A DNA stretch of 64,000 nt. It comes from a virus. Of the stretch, positions 17,951 through 27,643 are shown piece after piece. Under the pieces are notes generated by a model. It ran no database searches and had not been told where the DNA came from. It saw only the letters and a list, made by a program, of their open reading frames with translations. Position 1 is the first letter of the stretch. Each line of letters starts with the position of its first letter. The stretch lies in IMG/VR virus record IMGVR_UViG_3300006141_000001. One strand, written 5' to 3'. Position numbers and translations under genes: made by a program.

Positions 17951-20765
17951 AAATTTATATATCCCATCCATTGATTGTAAAGATTTGTATTTATCGAATA
18001 ATTATTTTAAGAATGTCCCATATGGTTACAAACTCACAAAGAAAGATGGGACAGATAATTTCAACAAATATATCAATAGTTTTGATTATAGTTTGGATTT
18101 AATTGAACTCCGTGAAGTGGCAGATAGAATATATGGGAAAAAAGATTCCTTGTCATTTACAAGCAAAGGAAAAGAATACTCATCAAAAATAATAAACATA
18201 ACGTTTAAATATGCCGTGAAAGAATTTAATAAGGTAGCTCAGAATACATACGTTAGAAACGGCTATAATTTAAGGGATTATTCTTTGGATAACGGTTATG
18301 CCACAGATTTTGACGGTGATGGCTCTGAAATTTTAGTGGCATTAAAAATAAATGAGCCATATTGTAATCATATGGATACAAACTTGCTCCCCCATTTCTT
18401 TTCCTGCAATTATGATGACGAAACAATGTTATATACATATAACCTATGTGGGACAATCAAGACCGTAAAATCAGCAAAAGAACTGAGGAGATGGTGCTAT
18501 AAAAAAGGATTCATCTGTAATGGAATAAATTATTGCAGGTTTAAAAGATCCAGCGGGTCATCAAGGGTAGGGAAATGTCTGTTTATAGACAAAAGATTGT
18601 ATTCAGATATGCATAGGTCAGAACAATGCGGTCTGGATGTGAAGAATGGGGACGAGTTGGACATCGCAGCATTTGAGGCGTATATTTCGCTTCCAACAAG
18701 CAGTATTATTGGAACTGTAGATATAAAACCAGAAAATTTCTTAGTAATAAAAGACTGGGAAAGCGTATTCCATGAAGATGCGATATGCACTGATTTAGGT
18801 GAAGACGGATGGCTAAAAACAGAAGAAAAAAATATGAAAATAACCAATTCCATTTGGGACGGGCAGTCATTGATTGATATTTCCTTAATGGGAGAATACC
18901 GCACAAAAGGCATGATATTGTTAAGGAATAAATTTTTCAAATCATGCTGTTTCAACACTAATATCCAGAAATTTTTCATGGATAATGATATCACAGATAT
19001 TTCTCAGCTTAATGGAGAAACAATCGCCACAGATATAAGAGATATCAAGATAATAACCACGCCATCAAGCATCAAATTCTATAAATTTGGTGATTTAAGC
19101 ACATGGTTTAAGAATATTTATCCGTATTTTGGTGTAGTGAAGTATGATAAAGACACTTATTATTTTGATGGCCGCATGGTACAGGCACATTATCAGCTAT
19201 TAAACACTGTGCAATTGTCAAAAGAGGAAATGAAAGAATTAGTAAAAGATGGTATTGAATATATAAACCTGCTTAATACTGATGTCGATGTTATGCGATA
19301 TCATCTTAAATTTAAAGCAAGTGATAATTATGAATTAGATAATGTAATGAAAGATAAGAGTGAGATTGTGTACAAGCTTTTAAATTACGACTGCAAATTT
19401 GATGAAACCAAGACTTATTATGACTTCAAGAAAAAATTATGTCATGCATACTTAAAGAATATAAAAAAAGGACACATACTTTTAGATGGTACATACGCCA
19501 CACTTTTTGGAAATCCTTACGAAATGCTTTTACAATCAATAGGAAAATTTAATGGGGAATCTATTTTACAGATAGGGACAGTACATAATACAAGATATGA
19601 ATACAATACAACGATTCTTGGAAGCCGTAGCCCACATGTGACAATGGGAAATTTATTGCTTGCGAAAAATGTTGCGTGTGAAAAGATTGATAAGTATTTC
19701 AATCTTACACCAACTATCATATGCATAAATAGCATCAATGAAAATATTTTAGAAAGATTATCTGGGAGTGACTTTGACAGCGATACTTTGCTTATCACAA
19801 ATAATAAAATACTGATAAATGCCGCAAAAAAGAATTATCATATTTTTAAAGTTCCAACACGAAATATCAATCCTCCAAAATCTAAACGCCATTATACCTC
19901 TGAGGATCTTGCAGACTTAGACCATAAAACGAGTAATAATAAAATTGGAGAAATTGTAAATCTCTCTCAGGAATTGAATTCTTTGTTGTGGGATATGGCG
20001 GCAAAATCTGGACAAGATGTCGAAAGCCAATATGAATATGTAAAAGAAATTTATTATGACGTGTGCCAGTTGGATGTTTTAAGTAACATTGAAATAGACA
20101 AAGCGAAAAAAGAATTCCCTGTTGACACGACAAAAGAATTAAAGAAAATGCGTAAGAAGTATGAACAATTGCTGGTAATGTCAGATGGAAGGAAAAGGAT
20201 GCCATTTTTCTTAGGTTTTATCGCCGAAACTAAAAATTATAAAAATGTTGACAAAAAAGATTATCAGAAATATGAAACGAGCATGGATTACTTGCATAGC
20301 TGTGTTAGTAAAAAACGTTCATCTAAATCAAAAGGAAGCGACTTCCTTCCTTTATATGAAATATTTAAACCAGATGATTATGATAAAAATAAAGTACGAA
20401 AACCACAAATAAATAAAATTATTGAATTAGCAAACACTACACTCTCTTATATTCAAATAATTATACAGAATCCATGTTTAACTGGTGATGAGAAGCGGTT
20501 TTATTCTATAAACGCAAAAGAAGAATTACTATATGAAATTAATCGTATGAAGATAAATGAGCATACAATCTATCGTCTCTTATATCGCCTGGAAACACAA
20601 GAATCTATATCAGTGAAAAATATTTTATTTTATATTTTATTTAATTACAAAAATAATGTATTAACAAATTTGTTGAATAATTATAATCGAATTAATACTT
20701 ATTTAACTGAAGATAAACACGGTGAGATTATTGTATATGGTCGTAAATTTACAAAATCCACCTAA
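17943..20765 (+). CDS. yonO: YonO-like single-subunit DNA-dependent RNA polymerase (two-barrel/RdRP-like fold)
   Basis: KRSSGSSRVGKCLF, IWDGQSL, LRNKFFKSC, GSRSPH, RLSGSDFDSD (metal motif at 19770-19784), IGEIVNLSQ, IEIDKAKK; upstream of late genes as in SPbeta. Confidence 0.88.
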   Translation: MGKNLYIPSIDCKDLYLSNNYFKNVPYGYKLTKKDGTDNFNKYINSFDYSLDLIELREVADRIYGKKDSLSFTSKGKEYSSKIINITFKYAVKEFNKVAQNTYVRNGYNLRDYSLDNGYATDFDGDGSEILVALKINEPYCNHMDTNLLPHFFSCNYDDETMLYTYNLCGTIKTVKSAKELRRWCYKKGFICNGINYCRFKRSSGSSRVGKCLFIDKRLYSDMHRSEQCGLDVKNGDELDIAAFEAYISLPTSSIIGTVDIKPENFLVIKDWESVFHEDAICTDLGEDGWLKTEEKNMKITNSIWDGQSLIDISLMGEYRTKGMILLRNKFFKSCCFNTNIQKFFMDNDITDISQLNGETIATDIRDIKIITTPSSIKFYKFGDLSTWFKNIYPYFGVVKYDKDTYYFDGRMVQAHYQLLNTVQLSKEEMKELVKDGIEYINLLNTDVDVMRYHLKFKASDNYELDNVMKDKSEIVYKLLNYDCKFDETKTYYDFKKKLCHAYLKNIKKGHILLDGTYATLFGNPYEMLLQSIGKFNGESILQIGTVHNTRYEYNTTILGSRSPHVTMGNLLLAKNVACEKIDKYFNLTPTIICINSINENILERLSGSDFDSDTLLITNNKILINAAKKNYHIFKVPTRNINPPKSKRHYTSEDLADLDHKTSNNKIGEIVNLSQELNSLLWDMAAKSGQDVESQYEYVKEIYYDVCQLDVLSNIEIDKAKKEFPVDTTKELKKMRKKYEQLLVMSDGRKRMPFFLGFIAETKNYKNVDKKDYQKYETSMDYLHSCVSKKRSSKSKGSDFLPLYEIFKPDDYDKNKVRKPQINKIIELANTTLSYIQIIIQNPCLTGDEKRFYSINAKEELLYEINRMKINEHTIYRLLYRLETQESISVKNILFYILFNYKNNVLTNLLNNYNRINTYLTEDKHGEIIVYGRKFTKST

Positions 20766-20973
20766 TATTAATTATATGAGCAAAAACTTTATTAGTTTAA
20801 ATTTTAACCATCTAGCAAGTTTTACTCAAGGGATTTTTACCCAAAAAAGACCCCCTGACCAAAAAAAATGGGAAGAAAACCCTAGATTTTTAAGGAAAAT
20901 CTCAAGCCTCCATAAGTACGTATTAGGAGAGACAAAAAACGAAATAAAAATTAGCTAATAAGGAGACCAATAT

Positions 20974-21606
20974 ATGAGAAAAATTAGTATCACAGAAGCA
21001 CTCAATGAATTGAAATTATACGACTCAAAAATCACAAAGGCAATCAATTCCGCCAAGTTCTGTGGAGCAGCTAAAAAGTCTTCAAGCAAAATTGGAGCAA
21101 TTACAAAAGAAGATTTCAATGAACGCGCAAAAGCATCTTACCAGTCTATCACAGATTTGATTTCAAACAGGAACACATTAAAATCTGCAATCGTAAAATC
21201 AAATGCGACAACTGAGGTTATCATCAATAACAAAACAATGACAGTTGCGGAGGCTATTGAGCGTAAGAACTCCATTGCATATGACGAGATGCTATTGTCA
21301 ACAATGGTTGCCCAGTATAATGCCACAAATCTAACTGTAGAAAGAGAAAATAAGCGTGTAGACAATAAAGTCGATGAACTCCTCGCCACGTTAATTGGCA
21401 AAGATGGCGATAAGAAGATTGACAAGGCAACCCAGGAGGCAGTAGAAATCCCATACAGGGAAAAGAACGAGTTCGAATTGCTGGATATTATTGGACTTTA
21501 TAACAAAATCACGGCACTTGAGTCAGAAATTGATGGATTTAAGTCAGAAGTCGATACAAAGCTAAGTATCTCAAATTCTATAACATATATTGAAGTTGAT
21601 TTTTAA
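20974..21606 (+). CDS. Alpha-helical protein with internal two-fold repeat (DIP1984-like by recollection)
   Basis: ISITEALNELK / MTVAEAIERK and AIVKSNATTEV / KLSISNSITYI paired motifs; AAGGAG SD. Confidence 0.75.
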   Translation: MRKISITEALNELKLYDSKITKAINSAKFCGAAKKSSSKIGAITKEDFNERAKASYQSITDLISNRNTLKSAIVKSNATTEVIINNKTMTVAEAIERKNSIAYDEMLLSTMVAQYNATNLTVERENKRVDNKVDELLATLIGKDGDKKIDKATQEAVEIPYREKNEFELLDIIGLYNKITALESEIDGFKSEVDTKLSISNSITYIEVDF

Positions 21607-21624
21607 GGTTTTTGTATAATGTTT

Positions 21625-21980
21625 TGCAGTTATCACGTAAATCTTAAACTTACGCCCTGTGCCTATGCAGGAAATCATAGGCAAATTAAATCTTGAATGG
21701 TATGTTAAGAGAACAAGCAGAATTAAATGTTTAGGAGATATTTATGTTTGATTGAATTGAATACTAATTCGCAATTTATACATAATTTAATGCGAAATTC
21801 AAACAAAACACATACTAAAAGTTCAACGTTTATTTCTTAACTTTTAAAATTCATTCATCAAAATTCTTTTTACATAACGTTTAAAGCATAAATAATAAAG
21901 ATCGATAAAATCCGCTTATTAAGGTTTATATGGGATGCGTAATTGCCATGAAGATTTCACCAGTGGCTGTGATGGCTGCA
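21625..21980 (+). ncRNA. Putative ~356-nt structured ncRNA with a 7-nt periodic segment
   Basis: 13-bp closing helix 21625-21637/21968-21980 with three G-U pairs, nested helices, 11 heptamers at 21818-21903. Confidence 0.7.
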
Positions 21981-22048
21981 TAGATAGATATGATTTACTG
22001 TTTCGTAGGTGGCAATGCTGTTTATCGGCATTGCTGCTTATCAAATAA

Positions 22049-22121
22049 GTGCCTATAACTCAATTGGTAGAGTAACCGGCTTTTAACCGGTAGGTTTTGG
22101 GTTCAAGTCCCAATGGGCGCA
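22049..22121 (+). tRNA. tRNA-Lys(UUU)
   Basis: Full cloverleaf, anticodon loop CTTTTAA, T-loop GGTTCAAGTCC; no encoded CCA. Confidence 0.93.
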
Positions 22122-22123
22122 TT

Positions 22124-22203
22124 GCTGGCGAGTAGAACGGATATATAAACCATACCAGACTCATAATCTGCGTGGTACCAGGTTCGACTCCTGGGCTTCA
22201 GCA
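22124..22203 (+). tRNA. Atypical tRNA with CAU anticodon (Met/Ile2-like, possibly pseudo)
   Basis: Anticodon arm CAGA-CTCATAA-TCTG and T arm CCAGG-TTCGACT-CCTGG intact; D arm and acceptor stem irregular. Confidence 0.6.
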
Positions 22204-22285
22204 ATTTTTCAATAGATGCATGGTAACTCTACATATTTCTATAAATAAAAATTTAGAGTTAGAAGTTCATTATGGAGGAATAAAC

Positions 22286-22465
22286 ATGAAAAATGAGAAG
22301 AATTGGTACAGATGTACTACAAGGGAAGAAATGGTGTTGTTAGTGGCTTCTGGTTTCGATTATACGAATTTCAGGCCAGATAAATATAACAATGGAAACA
22401 ATACTTATTTCTTTGAAAGAACTGAGAAATTGGAAAAATTTTTAGAACTTTGGAAACAGCAATAA
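22286..22465 (+). CDS. Small protein, DUF5659-like
   Basis: GGAGG SD; WYRCTT...LVASGFDY...TYFFERTEKL. Confidence 0.7.
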   Translation: MKNEKNWYRCTTREEMVLLVASGFDYTNFRPDKYNNGNNTYFFERTEKLEKFLELWKQQ

Positions 22466-22484
22466 GTTGAGAAAGGAAAATATT

Positions 22485-23264
22485 ATGAACAAGATTGATA
22501 TTTTTAGGAATGAAGAATTTGGAGAAATTAGGACAACAATAATTGATGGAGAACCGTGGTTTGTAGGAAAAGATGTGGCACAGTCATTAGGATATGAAAA
22601 GGCAAGGAATGCCATAGCAACACATGTTGATAAAGATGACGCCCTGAAATGGGGCGTCACCGATTCACTTGGAAGAAAGCAAGAAACAACCATTATCAAT
22701 GAATCCGGACTTTACTCACTTATCTTATCAAGCAAATTAGATTCAGCAAAACGATTCAAACATTGGATAACTTCAGAAGTATTGCCATCAATCCGCAAGC
22801 ACGATGCCTATATGACAAACGAAGCAATAGAACGTACACTGACGGATCCAGACTATCTTATCCAGTTGGCTACCGCCCTCAAAAAAGAACGTGAGGAAAA
22901 AGAACTAGAAAAGAATAAACGGAAATTAGCGGAACAAACTATTGAGAAGCAAAAACCACTTGTCGAATTTGCCAACCAGGTTTCTGATACAAAAGACTTG
23001 ATAGACATGAAAACGATGGCAAAATTACTAAAAGATGAAAATATCAATATCGGCAGAAATCGCCTGTTCACATTTTTGAGAAATCATAAAATCTTGATGG
23101 ATGATAATCAACCATACCAAAGATATATAGATGCTGGATATTTCAAAGTAAATGAGTATACATACAAAAACTCTTCTGGAGATCCGAAAATAAAAAGACA
23201 AACTTTTGTCACTGGAAAAGGACAAGTGTATATTGTAAATAAAGTGAAAAAGATTTTGAGTTAA
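22485..23264 (+). CDS. Phage antirepressor (BRO-N plus KilAC/ANT)
   Basis: FRNEEFGEIRT, EPWFVGKDVA, INESGLYSL, EVLPSIRK; IGRNRLF, TFVTGKGQ. Confidence 0.93.
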   Translation: MNKIDIFRNEEFGEIRTTIIDGEPWFVGKDVAQSLGYEKARNAIATHVDKDDALKWGVTDSLGRKQETTIINESGLYSLILSSKLDSAKRFKHWITSEVLPSIRKHDAYMTNEAIERTLTDPDYLIQLATALKKEREEKELEKNKRKLAEQTIEKQKPLVEFANQVSDTKDLIDMKTMAKLLKDENINIGRNRLFTFLRNHKILMDDNQPYQRYIDAGYFKVNEYTYKNSSGDPKIKRQTFVTGKGQVYIVNKVKKILS

Positions 23265-23301
23265 AAATAATTGGGGCGGATTACTCCTGCCCTCATAATA
23301 T

Positions 23302-23374
23302 TGGCATATAGTTCAATCGGTAGAACACTTGGCTGTTAACCAAGGGGATGTAGGTTCGAATCCTACTATGCCAG
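23302..23374 (+). tRNA. tRNA-Asn(GUU)
   Basis: Cloverleaf TGGCATA/TATGCCA, loop CTGTTAA, GGTTCGAATCC. Confidence 0.93.
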
Positions 23375-23410
23375 CTACTCCCTTGCATGGGAGAATTTTA
23401 AGGAAAGCGA

Positions 23411-23602
23411 GTGAATAATATAGTCAGAATTTCAAGGAAAGAAATGGAGTTTCTGCAAAAAAACGGTGTCAGGTTTGGCGAAGAAGGCATAGTCGCCACA
23501 ACAGGGCATCACAAGTCATGGTATTTGACGGAATCAGAGGAAAACAAATATTTAATGAGGAAATACCATGCGGAAAATTATAAAAAACGAATAGGAAAGT
23601 AG
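23411..23602 (+). CDS. Small hypothetical protein, distantly DUF5659-like
   Basis: EMEFLQKNGVRF...WYLTES. Confidence 0.6.
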   Translation: MNNIVRISRKEMEFLQKNGVRFGEEGIVATTGHHKSWYLTESEENKYLMRKYHAENYKKRIGK

Positions 23603-23611
23603 GGATTCTAT

Positions 23612-25054
23612 ATAGCTAAGAAAAAGAAAAACATAGCTTTGGAAGTTATAGGAGGGAATGCGTCTGGTATTACTGGAAGCTGCACAAAGATAGAGTTCAA
23701 TAAAAGGACTATTTTGTTTGAACTTGGGATGATACAGGACTGCCCTACAATCCTTGGCAATTATAAGGAAAACTGTGCTATCCTAAATAAGATAAAAGCA
23801 AAGAATATTGAAATGGTCATTATAGGGCATTGCCATTGCGACCATATCGCATTGATTCCAACGCTTTTTGCGCGAGGTAACAGGACAGTTAGGATTATTG
23901 CCCCAAAGGACAGTGCCTGCATTTTAAAAGAAATGTGGTCTGATTCTGCGTGTATAAACAATAGGGACTGTGAAATATTGAACAGGCGCAGTGGCAAGTC
24001 GTATACGCCTTTATACACACAGGAAGAAGTAGACATGGCGCTAAATAATGTGGAGGAGTTAGAAATCGGGGAACTAGTAGAGATAGATGAAGATATATCC
24101 ATCCGATACACTCCTGCTGGACATATTTTGAGGTCATGCCAGACAGAACTGTATATTAAGGCTGGCTCACACACAAAAAAGATATTATTCTCTTCTGATT
24201 TGGGGAACACAATGATACAGGACAGAAAGGTTTTTGTTGAGCATTTTGAGCCTGTAAACAGTGCAAACATAGCGTTTGTTGAAAGCACATATGGCAGGCG
24301 CGGATCCTCAATGACAGGAAAAAATATCCTTCTGGATAGGGAAAAGATGAAGACAGTAATACGCCAGTTCTGTATTGACAATAAAAAGCGTGTATTGATA
24401 CCTACATTTTCCCTGGATAGGATGCCTCAGATATTATGGGAACTATACCAGATATTTGGGGATGACAAGTCTTTTAAAATCCCAGTCCTTGTAGATAGTC
24501 CTTTGGCAAATAGATTATTAGACTGCTACTCTTCTATTTTAAGCGGGGCTTCTAAAGAAAAATTTGATGAAATGATGTCATGGGGGAATATAAAAAGAAT
24601 CATTTCTCCAGAAGACAGCAAATTAGCCATTGCGGATGGTTCAGCAAAAATAATTTGCGCATCATCTGGGATGCTGACTGCCGGAAGGAGTATAAAATGG
24701 GTTCAAAGTATCCTGCCAAACAAAAACGACTGTATATTGTGCGTTGGATATGCTGGCGAAGATACGTTGGCCTGGAAGATAAAAAATGGCTCCGATAAGA
24801 AAACCATCAATATAAACGGAAAACCTTATAAGAATAAAGCACAGTTGGTTGACCTGCATTCTTATAGCAGTCATATGCAAAGGAATGATCTGATTGATTA
24901 TTACAAGGGGATTAGGTGTGAAAAATTATATTTAATACACGGAGACTTGCAGGCACGTATAGAATTAAAAGAGGATTTGGGAAAAGCCATATCGGATTGC
25001 TGCAGTTCAACAAGAGTTTTAATCGTAAATAAAGGAATGAAAATCTCATTGTGA
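23612..25054 (+). CDS. Metallo-beta-lactamase/beta-CASP ribonuclease-like protein (likely ATA start at 23612)
   Basis: HCHCDH, AGHIL, FSSDLG, ESTYG, SSGM, YSSH, IHGD. Confidence 0.88.
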   Translation: MAKKKKNIALEVIGGNASGITGSCTKIEFNKRTILFELGMIQDCPTILGNYKENCAILNKIKAKNIEMVIIGHCHCDHIALIPTLFARGNRTVRIIAPKDSACILKEMWSDSACINNRDCEILNRRSGKSYTPLYTQEEVDMALNNVEELEIGELVEIDEDISIRYTPAGHILRSCQTELYIKAGSHTKKILFSSDLGNTMIQDRKVFVEHFEPVNSANIAFVESTYGRRGSSMTGKNILLDREKMKTVIRQFCIDNKKRVLIPTFSLDRMPQILWELYQIFGDDKSFKIPVLVDSPLANRLLDCYSSILSGASKEKFDEMMSWGNIKRIISPEDSKLAIADGSAKIICASSGMLTAGRSIKWVQSILPNKNDCILCVGYAGEDTLAWKIKNGSDKKTININGKPYKNKAQLVDLHSYSSHMQRNDLIDYYKGIRCEKLYLIHGDLQARIELKEDLGKAISDCCSSTRVLIVNKGMKISL

Positions 25055-25083
25055 GAAATATAAAGAAACTGGAGAAGCGTTGT

Positions 25084-25719
25084 ATGAATAAAGATTATTT
25101 AGATATGGACATAACAGAAAGCATAGGGGAATTTGCGAATTACAAACTGCCAGAGCCAACATTACTGGATTATTACAGGAGAATACAGCAGCGTGAAATC
25201 CTTCTAAATTGCGAAATTGATGACGGGATTGTTGAATGGACGCAGCAGATAATTATGTGGAATAAGGAAGATGAGGGAAAGGGTATCCAAGAAAGGAGGC
25301 CAATTAAAATTTTCATCAACTCAAATGGCGGAAGCTTGAATGCCATTATGGAATTTATTACCATATGTAACCTGAGCCGTACCCCTGTCAAAGCCATTGG
25401 GATGGGGAAATGCTATTCATCGGGAGGATTGCTGCTTATGGGCGTCCCAAAAGGGAACAGGTACATTTTATCCACCACGGAGGCCTTAGTCCATGATGGG
25501 GCGACAGGAAGTTATGGCGATACAGGGAAAGTACTGGATGATTTGGAATATACAAAAAAGGTAGAAGAATCTACTAAAAAATTCATACTCGGACATACAA
25601 AAATTACAGAAGAAGAGTATGATGCAAATTATCGGAGGAACTGGTGGCTAGATTCAGATGAGATAATCAAATACGGGTTAGCCGACCATATTGTAAATAA
25701 TATTGAAGAATTATTCTAA
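25084..25719 (+). CDS. ClpP-like protease
   Basis: IKIFINSNGGS, CYSSGG (Ser), LVHDG (His), WWLDSDEIIKYGLADHIV. Confidence 0.88.
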   Translation: MNKDYLDMDITESIGEFANYKLPEPTLLDYYRRIQQREILLNCEIDDGIVEWTQQIIMWNKEDEGKGIQERRPIKIFINSNGGSLNAIMEFITICNLSRTPVKAIGMGKCYSSGGLLLMGVPKGNRYILSTTEALVHDGATGSYGDTGKVLDDLEYTKKVEESTKKFILGHTKITEEEYDANYRRNWWLDSDEIIKYGLADHIVNNIEELF

Positions 25720-25738
25720 AAAGAAAGGAAATAAAAAA

Positions 25739-25945
25739 ATGGCAAATTTTACATACAAGGAAACAAAAACAGAAAAGGTAGTAATAAAGGGGATGTTGTC
25801 TGATGATGGCAAGACGATCACTGTGACAGAAAAGAATGATGACAGAGACGTATCTATCCAGGAGTATATTGACAAATTCGCTGGCGGGTATGTTGAGATG
25901 ACACTTGGGACAAAATCAGAAAATGATCTGTTAGATAATGGTTAA
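25739..25945 (+). CDS. Small acidic protein (YonK-like)
   Basis: 68 aa, IKGML...ITVTE; position in yon-like cluster. Confidence 0.6.
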   Translation: MANFTYKETKTEKVVIKGMLSDDGKTITVTEKNDDRDVSIQEYIDKFAGGYVEMTLGTKSENDLLDNG

Positions 25946-25950
25946 GGGCG

Positions 25951-27165
25951 GTGGAAATACTGTTTGATGTAAAACGCAAAGATTCAGAAAACGAATCTCA
26001 ATATCTGTGGAGATTAGGCCAGGCTAAAGATACTGGCCTAATTGATATTGACTGGCAGGGAATCGCGGATATCATGAATAGTGAGTTTGGCAATCCAGAT
26101 AAACCCTATTCAGAAGCTGCATGGAGAAAGCCATATCAGATGGCCAAAAAGTTTTTTAACGATGGCGTATTTACCAGCTATGGTGATGAACACCATATAC
26201 AGATACTGGAACAGCGACAGGAATTGGAAAAAGAACGTGTGAAAGTGCGGGATGAGCGCAATGAACTGAGACGTATCCTGCGTAATGAGGCACGGAAAGA
26301 AAGTTACAGGGAGCAGATATTACGGAGCATTTCTGAACATAGTCATATTCCGCTTTCTTATGATGAATCAAAGAAATTTAGAGGAGTATTGAAGTCAGAT
26401 AATGATTTGCTAATCTCATTGTTTGACATACACGCTGGGATAAAAACTGTTAATTTCTGGAATAAATTTGATGAAAAAGTTTTAAAGAACAGATTAAATG
26501 CATACTTAGACAAGATATTTGAGATATGGCTAAGGCATGGTTCAGAAAATGCATTTGTAGTATTAAGCGAACTTATTTCTGGATTTATACATCCTACCAT
26601 TAGGATTGAGAATAACCAGGATGTAATCGAGCAGTTTTTATGTGTTACAGATTATGTGGCTGAATTTCTCAGTGAACTGAGTTACCGTTTCAACACGGTT
26701 CATGTCTATATAGCCCCTGGGAATCATGGGAGGCTATCCCCTAAAAAAGAAGACAATTTATCTAATGAAAACATGGACAATTTAGTCCTTCCATTTTTGG
26801 AGGCAAAATTGCAGAATTTCAAAAACATCCATTGCCACAAGAATAATATTGAGCAGTCAATCGCAATGTTCAGCGTACGTGGTACAACTGTATTCAGCAG
26901 TCATGGGGATAAGGAATCTTTGGATAATGCAATTCAGAATCTGACAATGTTTACAGGGACACGGCCAGATATTTACTTATGTGGACACAGGCATACTAAC
27001 GCAATGAAAACGGTATACGACTCAAAAGTATTGCAGGCAGGTTCTCTGTCTGGTTCTGACTCGTATTGTATGGATAAGAGATTAAAGAATAGGCCAGAAC
27101 AATTAGCGGCAGTCATAAATAATATATCAGGACTTGACTGTATATATGATATAAAATTTCAATAG
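25951..27165 (+). CDS. Calcineurin-like metallophosphoesterase with N-terminal coiled coil
   Basis: DIHAG, PGNHG, SHGD, GHRH. Confidence 0.85.
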   Translation: MEILFDVKRKDSENESQYLWRLGQAKDTGLIDIDWQGIADIMNSEFGNPDKPYSEAAWRKPYQMAKKFFNDGVFTSYGDEHHIQILEQRQELEKERVKVRDERNELRRILRNEARKESYREQILRSISEHSHIPLSYDESKKFRGVLKSDNDLLISLFDIHAGIKTVNFWNKFDEKVLKNRLNAYLDKIFEIWLRHGSENAFVVLSELISGFIHPTIRIENNQDVIEQFLCVTDYVAEFLSELSYRFNTVHVYIAPGNHGRLSPKKEDNLSNENMDNLVLPFLEAKLQNFKNIHCHKNNIEQSIAMFSVRGTTVFSSHGDKESLDNAIQNLTMFTGTRPDIYLCGHRHTNAMKTVYDSKVLQAGSLSGSDSYCMDKRLKNRPEQLAAVINNISGLDCIYDIKFQ

Positions 27166-27178
27166 AAAGGAAATATAA

Positions 27179-27502
27179 ATGGATAAAATTTTAGAAGTAT
27201 TATTTGGAAACCCGCAGATGGTGGAACCTTTGCTCAAAGGATATATTGATAGATATAAGCCTGTTGTGTATTCTATAATGGGAGACTTATTTGGTGTATT
27301 CACCGATTTGACAGAAAACAAAAAATATTACCAAACACTTGCAAAGCATAAATGGAATATGTATAGCGCATATGTAGATGCAGGATTTACAAATGAGCAG
27401 GCTATGGCATTGATTCTGAACGACAACCTTCAGCTTGCGAAAAATATAAGTTCTGCAAATCAGTCCGCATCATCCACATTATCTGCTATTTCAAAATCAT
27501 AA
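27179..27502 (+). CDS. Hypothetical protein
   Basis: 107 aa, YVDAGFTNEQAMALI. Confidence 0.7.
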   Translation: MDKILEVLFGNPQMVEPLLKGYIDRYKPVVYSIMGDLFGVFTDLTENKKYYQTLAKHKWNMYSAYVDAGFTNEQAMALILNDNLQLAKNISSANQSASSTLSAISKS

Positions 27503-27643
27503 ACAGATAAACAATATTGACAATAATGCTGCAATAGGTATGCAGCTTTTAATTTGGCTGAAAAAGCCATCAAAACACGCTAGAGAGTAACTTAGGTTGC
27601 TCTCTTTAATATTGAAAAAATAAAATAAAAAGGAGAAAATAAA

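Noticed and set aside
18306-18320. Perfect DFDGD motif near the N-terminus of the RNAP
   Set aside because: It lies in a variable N-terminal region without the preceding RxP and RLSG context; the catalytic loop is more plausibly DFDSD at 19770-19784
22172-22285. N-terminal extension of the 97-aa ORF
   Set aside because: It overlaps the tRNA T arm; the SD supports ATG 22286
23761-24381. Long minus-strand ORFs opposite real genes (also 49038-49646, 18530-18994 and others)
   Set aside because: Antisense shadows of well-supported plus-strand genes
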